Assembly (NCBI GenBank): GCA_023818895.1
Contig: JAMWCX010000001.1
Location: 569,789 to 601,788, forward strand
Source of the DNA: Candidatus Omnitrophota bacterium
GTDB taxonomy: Bacteria > Omnitrophota > Gorgyraeia > 2-01-FULL-45-10
Direction of reading: 5' to 3'
DNA length: 32,000 nucleotides
In this document: positions 7,757-15,967 of the stretch, piece after piece
Layout: every line of letters begins with the position of its first letter
Position numbering within the stretch: the first letter of the stretch is position 1
Notes under the pieces: generated by a model
What the model was told of the DNA's origin: nothing
What the model saw: only the letters and a program-made list of their open reading frames with translations
Database searches by the model: none
Position numbers and translations under genes: made by a program

Positions 7757-9214
7757 TTATCTAACGCGTATTGCGGATTTTAGGTATTTAAATAGGTGAA
7801 AACAACTCAAATTCCGATATATGGCATGCAGGCCGAGATTGGATCTACATTTTGAAACTAGGGTCTTTGCCATAAGGCTAATCATGGACCTCTTCCCTTT
7901 ATAGACATTGTAATCAAACCATATAAAAGCTTTCTGTATCTTCTTTTTAGGAAAGCCTGGCAGGTCAAGAACTGCCCTACATCTTTCAAGCTCTCCTGAA
8001 GGCATGCGTTTAAATAGTTCCTTTTTACGACATACATCATAGAGTTCAGTGCCAGGATAAGGGAAGAATATATGGGCAAACGCTTGATCGGGAAGACATT
8101 CTCTGTTTATCGCGATAGTCTCTTTAAAATCATCATAAGTTTCGCCGGGAACGCCTATTAGATTATAGAAACATATCTGGATACCATTTTGCCTCGCCAA
8201 GGCAACCGCCCTGATAATATCATTGTTCGAATAATCGCGCTTAAGAATCTCTTTCCTGACCCTTTCGCTTCCGGACTCAACACCTATCCTTACGAATTTA
8301 AAATTACTCTCCTTGAATAACCTAAAAAGGCCTGAGAAGTCTGATCCGCGAGTTATCCTGAGGTTTGTACCGAATAAAAGAGGCTCTTTTAGTGATGTAT
8401 TAACTCTCTTCAAGGCTGCACATAATTCATTCGCCCATGCCATATTCGCTCCTATCGTCTCAACCTCAAGGTATATTTGCTTTGTCCGCGGATAAGCTTC
8501 CACGATCATAATTATCTCCCGCGTGATGCTATCCACTGATCTAAGCCTCACGTATTGTCCTTGGGCAATCCTCCTGAGCGCGTGATTACAGCAATATGTA
8601 CAGTTAAAAGGGCATCCGCGGCCGAGAAGAACGGGTTGCCATACATCTTCTCCACCGGATATCCATTTTTGCCATATCTCTCTATCCGGAAAAGGCAGAC
8701 CGTCGATATCCTTTACGAAAGGCCTTGGATCGTTTTTTTCTACGGTGCCGTCTTTCATGATCCATAGATTTTGGATTCCCGATGGCACTTCTACCTTCGT
8801 AAGTTTCTCAGCAAGCTCAAGAGTGGGATATTCGCCTTCACCTATACATATGGCGTCGAAGGGTCCTTTCGCCACATCATTGGGGTTGAGCGATGCATGG
8901 GCTCCGCCGACAAGGAGGAAAAGTTCCGGATGCATTTTCTTTATATAACGGGCCGCTCTCTCGATAAAAGTATATTCACTAGTCACGGCGGTAAAACATA
9001 CTAGCCGCGGATTAAACCTCCCTATCGCCTCTTGGATCAATGTCTTATTGCGAGCTCCCAGCATCCTGCTCAATACCACAAGCTCTGTATTATGCCCTTG
9101 CGATTTTAGAAGAGACGAGATGTAAGAGATACCAAACTGCATCTGTTCTGGTGTGCGTAGAGGGCGCTCGGGGGTTGCAATATCATCTACTGAAGATATA
9201 AACAATATATGCAT
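7757..9214 (-). CDS. B12-binding-domain radical SAM enzyme (class B type)
   Basis: The N-terminal cobalamin-binding-like Rossmann segment is MHILFISSV...LVCFTAVTSEY...LLVGGAHAS. The radical SAM cluster motif is GRGCPFNCTYC (CxxxCxxC). The TIM-barrel segment is GVESGSERVRKEILKRDY...NLIGVPGET. Confidence 0.85.
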   Translation of the reverse strand: MHILFISSVDDIATPERPLRTPEQMQFGISYISSLLKSQGHNTELVVLSRMLGARNKTLIQEAIGRFNPRLVCFTAVTSEYTFIERAARYIKKMHPELFLLVGGAHASLNPNDVAKGPFDAICIGEGEYPTLELAEKLTKVEVPSGIQNLWIMKDGTVEKNDPRPFVKDIDGLPFPDREIWQKWISGGEDVWQPVLLGRGCPFNCTYCCNHALRRIAQGQYVRLRSVDSITREIIMIVEAYPRTKQIYLEVETIGANMAWANELCAALKRVNTSLKEPLLFGTNLRITRGSDFSGLFRLFKESNFKFVRIGVESGSERVRKEILKRDYSNNDIIRAVALARQNGIQICFYNLIGVPGETYDDFKETIAINRECLPDQAFAHIFFPYPGTELYDVCRKKELFKRMPSGELERCRAVLDLPGFPKKKIQKAFIWFDYNVYKGKRSMISLMAKTLVSKCRSNLGLHAIYRNLSCFHLFKYLKSAIRVR

Positions 9215-9217
9215 ATT

Positions 9218-10759
9218 TTATAATTCGTATTTTAGGCGTGGCATAAGCCATTTTATCATATCTCTTAATAAAGAAGAATCTACTAATTCTACCCAATGCC
9301 GCTTATCATAAGGGAGAGAAGCTATATATGAATTTATGTCTTTTGCATAAAGTTTGAAAAAAATATCATTCTCTGAATCATATACGTTTATATATTCTCT
9401 CACCTTGACTGCAACATCGTTTTTTGGATCCGTAAGCAGATTATTGGCGTATCTGAATCGTTTATTGATAGGCGCGCCGTTCGCCTGAGAACCTAACGCA
9501 AGTTTAAGAACAGGGCCGGCAACAAACCATTCTGACAAAAACTCGATATTGCTGATGGGGCCATATTTACTGTACTGGTTACCCGATATAAACACAATCT
9601 CAGTTCCGGAATATTCGGCAAGGTCCTTGTTGGTGGCCATTTTGTATATCACTGTTTGCTGATGCGCATTCCATGATTTCCAGTGGTCGGAGATGCCCAA
9701 GATAGCAAAAATGAAGACCGCAAATAAGATAGCGCCAATGCCGCGCTGAATACCAGCTGAGATGAGAAGATATACAACAAGTAATGACCCAAATATAGTT
9801 ACCCTGTTACCCAGATTAAAAGCCAATTGGGGATAAAGGCCGGTTAGCGATAACACAAAAAATGCCACTATAGTCATTGAAAAAAGGCTAATAACAAGTT
9901 TCGTATCACGCTGTGTTTTTATTTTATCATAAAGTGCGTAATAAAGACCCGTCGCCAATATACCGATAATAACCGAGGCAAATGAAAGTTGTACAAACGC
10001 ATAATATATTTTCAACCACATTGAAGGACCCAAGACCGCATCTGCAAATGTAGCCATTTGTAGAACAAACTGTTTAGCAATAGCATAAATATCGGGCCTC
10101 TTAGGAAGCTTGTCTACGCCTATACTAATCATCTTAGCTATTACGATATAATAGACACTATAGATAACGTTAGGAACTAGAAGAATAAAGCCTTTCTTTA
10201 CATGTCTATTTAAGACGGTTAGCATGAAAAGCGATACAGCTATTATAGGTGACCCATATGATATAAATGAACCTGCAAGCGCAAATAGGAATGCCGGCAG
10301 TAATTGCTCCCGCTGTGTCAAATAGTATGCATAGAGATAGAAAGCAAAAGATAATGTAAGATACTGAACCATGAACCAATACACGGTAGCATCGTGAGAC
10401 GGGAAAAACAAGAACAGAAAGGAGGTTAGCATTGCGTGTCGGTTATCAAAATAGATGCTGAAGAATTTGTAGATCATATAAAATGCCAAGATAATGTATA
10501 CGATCTTCATCACATCGACAATAGCGCTATTCCAGGCAGAGGCAAAATAATACCAGATATAGAAAAAGAGGTAGCCTAATGGAGTCTCGACGAACATTAT
10601 GGTGCTTTTTGGGATAAGCGCTTCTACAAGACTCTTCCCTTTAACACGTGCCATGATATCAAAATCATCGGACACCAGACCTGTATTCCACATGAGATAT
10701 ATGATAATAAGAATATATAAGAGGAAAAGAAGGCGATCGTTCTTCCAGAGATTTTCCAT
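9218..10759 (-). CDS. Polytopic inner-membrane protein with a C-terminal soluble domain; putative GT-C-fold (ArnT/PMT-like) glycosyltransferase
   Basis: The ORF track gives 9218-10798 with TTG at 10798. ATG at 10759 (MENLWKND) avoids a 32-nt overlap. By eye there are more than 10 hydrophobic helices. An acidic SDDFD motif follows the first helix, where GT-C enzymes carry their DxD/DDx motif. The last 150 or so residues are hydrophilic. The fold assignment is inference. Confidence 0.5.
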   Translation of the reverse strand: MENLWKNDRLLFLLYILIIIYLMWNTGLVSDDFDIMARVKGKSLVEALIPKSTIMFVETPLGYLFFYIWYYFASAWNSAIVDVMKIVYIILAFYMIYKFFSIYFDNRHAMLTSFLFLFFPSHDATVYWFMVQYLTLSFAFYLYAYYLTQREQLLPAFLFALAGSFISYGSPIIAVSLFMLTVLNRHVKKGFILLVPNVIYSVYYIVIAKMISIGVDKLPKRPDIYAIAKQFVLQMATFADAVLGPSMWLKIYYAFVQLSFASVIIGILATGLYYALYDKIKTQRDTKLVISLFSMTIVAFFVLSLTGLYPQLAFNLGNRVTIFGSLLVVYLLISAGIQRGIGAILFAVFIFAILGISDHWKSWNAHQQTVIYKMATNKDLAEYSGTEIVFISGNQYSKYGPISNIEFLSEWFVAGPVLKLALGSQANGAPINKRFRYANNLLTDPKNDVAVKVREYINVYDSENDIFFKLYAKDINSYIASLPYDKRHWVELVDSSLLRDMIKWLMPRLKYEL

Positions 10760-10766
10760 AAATGCG

Positions 10767-12140
10767 TTAGCCACAGTTAAAATATTTATCGTAAACAATG
10801 GCGGGAATGATATTCATGGTAGACAATATCCTGAGAGGGATCCTAAGGAAGCGTATATAGTTATAGCTTGTGGGATAGTCACGAAATGTCTTTGGCGCCT
10901 CCGCGAGGTATTTGTCCAGCTCTTGGTGAGTTATTCCGAGTCTCTTTATACATAGATCAATGATTTTTGGATCCTCGATCACATATACTTCCTTAATTCT
11001 CTCTAATGCTTCGTCTCTGGTCATCTGGCCGGATCTTACTAGAGCCGAATAATTGAACTTACGCCTATCTATATTAAACTTTACACGCAGCACATACGTC
11101 ATGAGACTTTGGTAGAGATCATCGTAATAATGAGCTCCCGGATATCTCCACCCCAGTTCTGTTATAATGGCTTCCGCTTCCTTTCTCACATAGGGTACAT
11201 AATACAATAGAGGTACGGTTCTGATACCTCTCAATACAATATAATAAAAAAGATGCCATAGATCCAAATTAAACCCCGGGTCTTCGGGCTTCCATCTTCT
11301 CAGCTTAACAGAGCCAAATCTGCGATGAACATTTTTAAGATACTTACCGTCTAGGTAATTCCATACGAGCGGGCTGATACCTTCAGTTCTGAATGACTGG
11401 CCGATTATAACATATTTTACACCTTCCCTGAATGCGGTTCCATACAGAGCACTTGCTATTCCTATATCCGTCCCCTCCTCCATATCTGGAGTGGAAGCTT
11501 TTAGAAACGCTATCTTAATATCTTTCGATTCACGCCAATCAGAGGTAATGGTCCTAAGTTCCACCCCAAGCTTTGCGGTAACCTTACGCATATTCTCGCC
11601 GGCAACCGGATTACCGAATCCGTCATTAAAATGAACCGCTAACGGCCGTAATCCGAATTTCTTCAGGAGATATAGTGTGTAGGTACTGTCACGTCCGCCA
11701 CTCAAACCAGCGATACAATCAAACTTCTTCCCTATTCCGGATTTTTTTATCTTTTCGATGATCCTCGCAAGCTTACGGCTACCTTCAGGGGTAAGCGGAT
11801 ACGCGCGTTCCAATCTGTCGTGAAGCTTGCAGAAATTGCATTCACCCTTTTCATCAAATGTTACTCCTGGGACGGTAGTATCTATTATGCACCGCGAACA
11901 GACCTTATATTCCATTTTTGAGATAACCTTTTTTTGCAACATCTCTCCGATTTGCACGCCTTTTTCTATCCTGCGAGGTGCTTCAAATTCGGCAACAACA
12001 AGCTCCCCCGCAAACTCATTGTAGGGCCCCTGGGCGACAACGCCTTGACGACCGACAGCAAGTGAGCATCCTACCATCTTCCTGCCTTCGTATGGCCCAC
12101 CAACAATATAACCAACGCTAGTAGCACTAATAATTACCAA
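10767..12140 (-). CDS. N-acetyl-sugar amidotransferase (WbuX/PseA/WbpG family, PP-loop ATP pyrophosphatase); its 5' end encodes the C-terminal part of a C-N hydrolase domain
   Basis: From M76 (ATG at 11915) it has the zinc ribbon CSRCIIDTTVPGVTFDEKGECNFC, the PP-loop FDCIAGLSGGRDSTY, and the later YYDDLYQSLMTYVLRVKFNIDRRK...SGQMTRDEALE. Residues 1-55 (VIISATSVGYIVGGPYEGRKMVGCSLAVGRQGVVAQGPYNEFAGELVVAEFE) continue the nitrilase-superfamily fold of ORF 12134-12745. This frame stays open upstream to 12203. The tracked start is a TTG with no Shine-Dalgarno sequence. Confidence 0.85.
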   Translation of the reverse strand: MVIISATSVGYIVGGPYEGRKMVGCSLAVGRQGVVAQGPYNEFAGELVVAEFEAPRRIEKGVQIGEMLQKKVISKMEYKVCSRCIIDTTVPGVTFDEKGECNFCKLHDRLERAYPLTPEGSRKLARIIEKIKKSGIGKKFDCIAGLSGGRDSTYTLYLLKKFGLRPLAVHFNDGFGNPVAGENMRKVTAKLGVELRTITSDWRESKDIKIAFLKASTPDMEEGTDIGIASALYGTAFREGVKYVIIGQSFRTEGISPLVWNYLDGKYLKNVHRRFGSVKLRRWKPEDPGFNLDLWHLFYYIVLRGIRTVPLLYYVPYVRKEAEAIITELGWRYPGAHYYDDLYQSLMTYVLRVKFNIDRRKFNYSALVRSGQMTRDEALERIKEVYVIEDPKIIDLCIKRLGITHQELDKYLAEAPKTFRDYPTSYNYIRFLRIPLRILSTMNIIPAIVYDKYFNCG

Positions 12141-12745
12141 ATTGTAAAGGTTCGCGAGAGTAAAATATGGCTTAAACCACTTTTCTCCATACGGGTCTCT
12201 CCTTCAATAACCGAATAATCGACGGTCCACGATGATGGTGTGAGGATTATTTGCGGCATCATCCTGGCCAGAGCATGGCCTATATGTAGGCTGTCAAGAT
12301 AATTATCCGCGCATATATTTACACCTACAATGCCAAAGGGTGTTTCCACAACTAACAGGCGGTCACCAACAGCATAATATTCCTGCTCTACCACGAGAAG
12401 ATTGATTTTATGATATTTTAGAACAATCTCGCCTGCGGAATCAATTAATATGGCAGTATTGTACACGCGGTCTCGTGCTTTCTCTGTCAGACCTGCGCAA
12501 ATATAAATACCTTTCTGGCTAGCTAATTTACAAAGCCTGTCGCTATAAGGCCCTGGCACTGGCTTGGCTTCTGTCTTTGCGCTCGGATGGGTCCACCCAA
12601 GATCAAGTGTTTCCGGCAAAAGCACGATATCACACTCTTTCTGAACCGTTTCCTTTATCATTTCTTCAGCACGATTGAGGTTACGGTCGGGCTCACCCCC
12701 TTCGACTAGCAATTGCCCCATACCTACTTTGATATATTTTCCCAT
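12134..12745 (-). CDS. Carbon-nitrogen hydrolase (nitrilase superfamily) domain, N-terminal two thirds; frameshift-separated from the downstream amidotransferase frame
   Basis: ATG at 12745. A candidate Glu-Lys-Cys triad is present: DIVLLPETL, VLKYHKINL, GVNICADNY. The ORF ends in non-family sequence (ETRMEKSGLSHILLSRTFTIW) after PSSWTVDYSVIEGE. The -1 frame continues with family-like DPYGEKWFKPYFTLANLYNLVIISATSVG. Confidence 0.8.
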   Translation of the reverse strand: MGKYIKVGMGQLLVEGGEPDRNLNRAEEMIKETVQKECDIVLLPETLDLGWTHPSAKTEAKPVPGPYSDRLCKLASQKGIYICAGLTEKARDRVYNTAILIDSAGEIVLKYHKINLLVVEQEYYAVGDRLLVVETPFGIVGVNICADNYLDSLHIGHALARMMPQIILTPSSWTVDYSVIEGETRMEKSGLSHILLSRTFTIW

Positions 12746-12752
12746 ATACCTT

Positions 12753-13142
12753 TTAGACCTTATACATAAAATACAGACTAGCTATGATCATTACTATAGC
12801 TAATATCTTATTCATATTAACAATTTCGCCGAAGAATATGGATGCAAGAGGCACAATTATAAGACAACTCAGCGCTATCGACAAGGGATATGCGATAGAT
12901 AGCTCCATGCGAGAAAGAGCGATGGCAGATGGTAAAGGCGCTAGCAAGAACAATATCAATCCAACAAGTGCAAGAGGTGACATTACAAGCGATAGAAAAT
13001 AACCCGTAACCGCCTTGACCGAGGTTAGTTCAATAGCCCCCAATTCGTTCATCCTCATCTTTACAAAATACATACCCAGCACGTTCATGATGACACCTAC
13101 TAATATCATCCCCCAGGTTAGCAAAAAAGTTTTCAAATTCAT
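12753..13142 (-). CDS. Small 4-TM DMT/EamA-type membrane protein; putative polyprenyl-phosphate-sugar flippase (ArnE/ArnF/GtrA-like role)
   Basis: 129 aa with four hydrophobic helices. It has an EamA-like tail (SIAYPLSIALSCLIIVPLASIFFGEIVNMNKILAIVMIIASLYF). Its start overlaps the stop of the ArnC-like GT2 (TGATG). Confidence 0.6.
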   Translation of the reverse strand: MNLKTFLLTWGMILVGVIMNVLGMYFVKMRMNELGAIELTSVKAVTGYFLSLVMSPLALVGLILFLLAPLPSAIALSRMELSIAYPLSIALSCLIIVPLASIFFGEIVNMNKILAIVMIIASLYFMYKV

Positions 13143-14086
13143 CAGTATCTCCCCTCTTTGGCATCGGATCTTTTCTCTATAAAAAAAAGTGGCCGTCTGC
13201 GGGATTCATCTAGATTGCGCCAAAGATATTCACCTATCACGCCCAGCGCGCTTGTATGCACACCGCATACCATCAGTATGGCGACTACTATAATCGCCGT
13301 CCCTGATACTACTCGGCCAACTACGGTCATTATGAACAAAATTAGCGCACAGAATATGCCGATAATCGTAATTGCCACACCTATCAGCATAATCAACATG
13401 AGCGGTAGGCCTGAGAAGGCAATAATCCAATCTCTGGCTAAAACGAGACGGGTCCGCAGACTCCACTTAGACCTCCCTGAGAGGCGATGGCGCCGCTTAT
13501 AACTTACGGAATCGTGCGTAAAGCCTGCCCATGCTATTAGGCCAAAAAGAGATGTATTTCGCTCGACGCAAGCATTGACGGCATTGACCATTTCTCGATC
13601 AAGGAAAAAGAAGTCAGCCTTTGAGAAATCTATCTTCTTGTATTCGGTGCGCGCAAGCCAGAAGAGGAGGCGATAAAAAATCTCGGCAGGCTTTCTGATG
13701 TGCCAGGGCTCTATTCTCCTGTCTTCCCTGAGCGCCCAAATCACAGAAGCGCCCTTTTTGTATTTTTCCAACATCTCTTTAAGCACTGAAGGATCATCCT
13801 GACCATCACCTGATATGCATAGCACCGCGTCACCCGTAACTTCACGCAAACCTGCCCGCAGAGCAGTATGACTGCCAGAGCGTCTGCTTAACCTAATACA
13901 CATAAGCCGCGAATCCTTAATGGCATCTACAACCTCATATGTTCTATCTGAAGAATGGTCATCAACAACTACCATCTGTACCTGTTTAATATCGGAAATA
14001 TTATCGACCATTGAAAATATTTCTTCAATTACTGAAACGATATTATCAGCTTCATTGTACACTGGTATTACAATAGATAAATTCAT
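13142..14086 (-). CDS. GT2 polyprenyl-phosphate glycosyltransferase (ArnC/GtrB/DPM1-like)
   Basis: Motifs are LSIVIPVYNEADNI, VVVDDHSSDRT, ISGDGQDDP and SGRSKWS. Two C-terminal TM helices are followed by GVIGEYLWRNLDESRRRPLFFI, which closely parallels the ArnC/GtrB C-terminus. The start is in an ATGA overlap. Confidence 0.85.
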   Translation of the reverse strand: MNLSIVIPVYNEADNIVSVIEEIFSMVDNISDIKQVQMVVVDDHSSDRTYEVVDAIKDSRLMCIRLSRRSGSHTALRAGLREVTGDAVLCISGDGQDDPSVLKEMLEKYKKGASVIWALREDRRIEPWHIRKPAEIFYRLLFWLARTEYKKIDFSKADFFFLDREMVNAVNACVERNTSLFGLIAWAGFTHDSVSYKRRHRLSGRSKWSLRTRLVLARDWIIAFSGLPLMLIMLIGVAITIIGIFCALILFIMTVVGRVVSGTAIIVVAILMVCGVHTSALGVIGEYLWRNLDESRRRPLFFIEKRSDAKEGRY

Positions 14087-14739
14087 TCTGATACCTCGCG
14101 AATTATTCTAGTAGGATTGCCTGCAACTATCATCTTGGAACCGACATCCTTGATAACAACTGAGCCTATTCCTATTAGAGCCTTTTTGCCTATCCTAATG
14201 CCATCCCGTATCTTGACACCGGAGCCGATATAAGCCACAGGCTCTATTACAACCCTTCCCGATACTGAAACGTTGGAACCTAAACAGCAATAATCGCCGA
14301 TTACACTATCGTGCGAAATAACGCTGTTAGGCAATATTACACAATGGTTCCCCACTTGAGCACCGCAGCTAACCACGACATTCTGCATCACTATCGTATT
14401 GTACCCTATTTTTGCGTCCGGCGCTAACGAGACAGATGGATGCAAGATTGTCGCAAAGCGCCTCTCTTCGATTTTAAGGTCGTCTATGATTTTTTTACGC
14501 GCCAAATAGGTGTTCGGATTGCCAGGCACGGCTAAAACACGCGCTTCTGGATACCGTTTAAGGATCTCTATGCCACCTAAAACTCTAACGCCACAGCTTT
14601 CTTTCCCTATCAAAGACCTATCATCGTCAATAAAACCAATTAAATCCCATTTCCTGCCAGTTTCATTTATTGCCATAACGCAGGAGGCCGCCTCTCTTGC
14701 GTTACCGCCGAACGGGAATATAATTAATTTATCAGGCAT
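14083..14739 (-). CDS. Sugar N-acyltransferase, NeuD/PglD family (left-handed beta-helix)
   Basis: An N-terminal Rossmann-like half (LIIFPFGGNAREA...LIGFIDDD) is followed by hexapeptide repeats (IGYNTIVMQNVVVSCGAQVGNHCVILPNSVISHDSVIGDYCCLGSNVSVSG) and ends AGNPTRIIR. Confidence 0.85.
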   Translation of the reverse strand: MPDKLIIFPFGGNAREAASCVMAINETGRKWDLIGFIDDDRSLIGKESCGVRVLGGIEILKRYPEARVLAVPGNPNTYLARKKIIDDLKIEERRFATILHPSVSLAPDAKIGYNTIVMQNVVVSCGAQVGNHCVILPNSVISHDSVIGDYCCLGSNVSVSGRVVIEPVAYIGSGVKIRDGIRIGKKALIGIGSVVIKDVGSKMIVAGNPTRIIREVSE

Positions 14740-15967
14740 TTTTCATAAGCTCCGCTATTTTTTCAACTTCCGACTCCTTAAGACCGTAGAATATAGGTAG
14801 CAGTATCACCGAGTCCCGCGCCTTCTCTGAATTCTTCAGATCAAAGTTGGAGTTCGCATAGGGCTTTTCCTGGTGCGCGTTCATAACGCCACGCCTTGTT
14901 GAAATGCCATTATCCAGAAGATACTGCATAAGATCGTCTCTACTGCGCGGCGCCCCATCTAATATTGTAACTGCATAGCTCTGCCAGTTCGTTCTGCAAT
15001 ATTCCGGTTCTTCGGGCAGTTTAAGCCAAGAAATTTTTTCAAGCTCGCGCCGATATAGATCAGCGATCTTCCTGCGATTTGCCATTATATTTGGTAGTTT
15101 CTTCAACTGCTCCATGCCAACAGCAGCCTGTATATCGGTCATCCTGTAATTGTAGCCTGTGGTCAGGTATTCTTCGAATATAACTTTGCCGGCCGCATGC
15201 CTTGCTGTGTCGGAAACGCTCATCCCATGGTGCCTTAAAAGCCTAAACACCTTATCGTATTCCGAATTATTCGTCGTGAGCATACCCCCGTCGCCTGTAG
15301 TGATAACCTTTCGAGGATGAAAACTAAAACATGCTATATCGCCGTGAGGCTTGCCGATTCTCTCCCAGCTTATGCCGCCATCCATCGATATTTCACTTCC
15401 CACCGCACAGGCAGCATCCTCAACAACCGGCAAATTGAACCGACGAGCAAGAGAAAGAATGGACTTCATATCAGCCGGCATTCCCATCTGGTGAACCGGC
15501 ATTATCGCCGCAACGCGTCCTGTACAATAAAAAACAACCGGCGACTGGCCCCTGGCGAGCTCTTTTGCCTTTTTATAATAAAGTCTTCCCTCTTTCTTCT
15601 CACACTCTTCTTTCAAGAATTTCTCGACCTCGATGCATGAAATATTAAATGTCCGGAGATCTATATCTACAAAGATCGGTTCTGCGCCGCATAGACGCAC
15701 GCTGTTGGCAGTCGCGATGAACGAGTGGCTTACAGTTATAACAACATCTCCTGGCCTGACTCCAACAGCAAGAAGTGCGAGATGCAAAGCCGTGGTACAA
15801 CTAGAGGTTGCACAAGCATATTCAGCACCTACGTAGCGACTAAACTCTTTTTCAAACCTCTCCACCCTTGGACCCTGTGTAACCCAACCGGAAAGTATGG
15901 CCTGGGTAGCAGCAATAGCTTCTTCCTCTCCTAAATATGGCCTTGCTATAGGGATCTTTTTAACCAT
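14732..15967 (-). CDS. PLP-dependent sugar aminotransferase, DegT/DnrJ/EryC1/StrS family (WbpE/ArnB-like)
   Basis: Landmarks are IARPYLGEEEAIAATQAILSGWVTQGPRVERFE, SSCTTALHLAL, and the lysine context FSFHPRKVITTGDGGML. It carries an insertion of about 40 aa (KEECEKKEGRLYYKKAKELARGQ) relative to typical members as I recall them. Confidence 0.85.
   Translation of the reverse strand: MVKKIPIARPYLGEEEAIAATQAILSGWVTQGPRVERFEKEFSRYVGAEYACATSSCTTALHLALLAVGVRPGDVVITVSHSFIATANSVRLCGAEPIFVDIDLRTFNISCIEVEKFLKEECEKKEGRLYYKKAKELARGQSPVVFYCTGRVAAIMPVHQMGMPADMKSILSLARRFNLPVVEDAACAVGSEISMDGGISWERIGKPHGDIACFSFHPRKVITTGDGGMLTTNNSEYDKVFRLLRHHGMSVSDTARHAAGKVIFEEYLTTGYNYRMTDIQAAVGMEQLKKLPNIMANRRKIADLYRRELEKISWLKLPEEPEYCRTNWQSYAVTILDGAPRSRDDLMQYLLDNGISTRRGVMNAHQEKPYANSNFDLKNSEKARDSVILLPIFYGLKESEVEKIAELMKNA

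Noticed and set aside
12134-12203. Reading 12134-12745 and 10767-12140 as two ordinary overlapping genes
   Set aside because: The first 55 or so residues of the downstream ORF, plus a further 21 codons open upstream of its nominal TTG start, continue the nitrilase-superfamily fold. The upstream ORF ends in non-family residues, and the TTG has no Shine-Dalgarno sequence. A frameshifted fusion explains this better. It is reported as a finding, with sequencing error as an explicit alternative.
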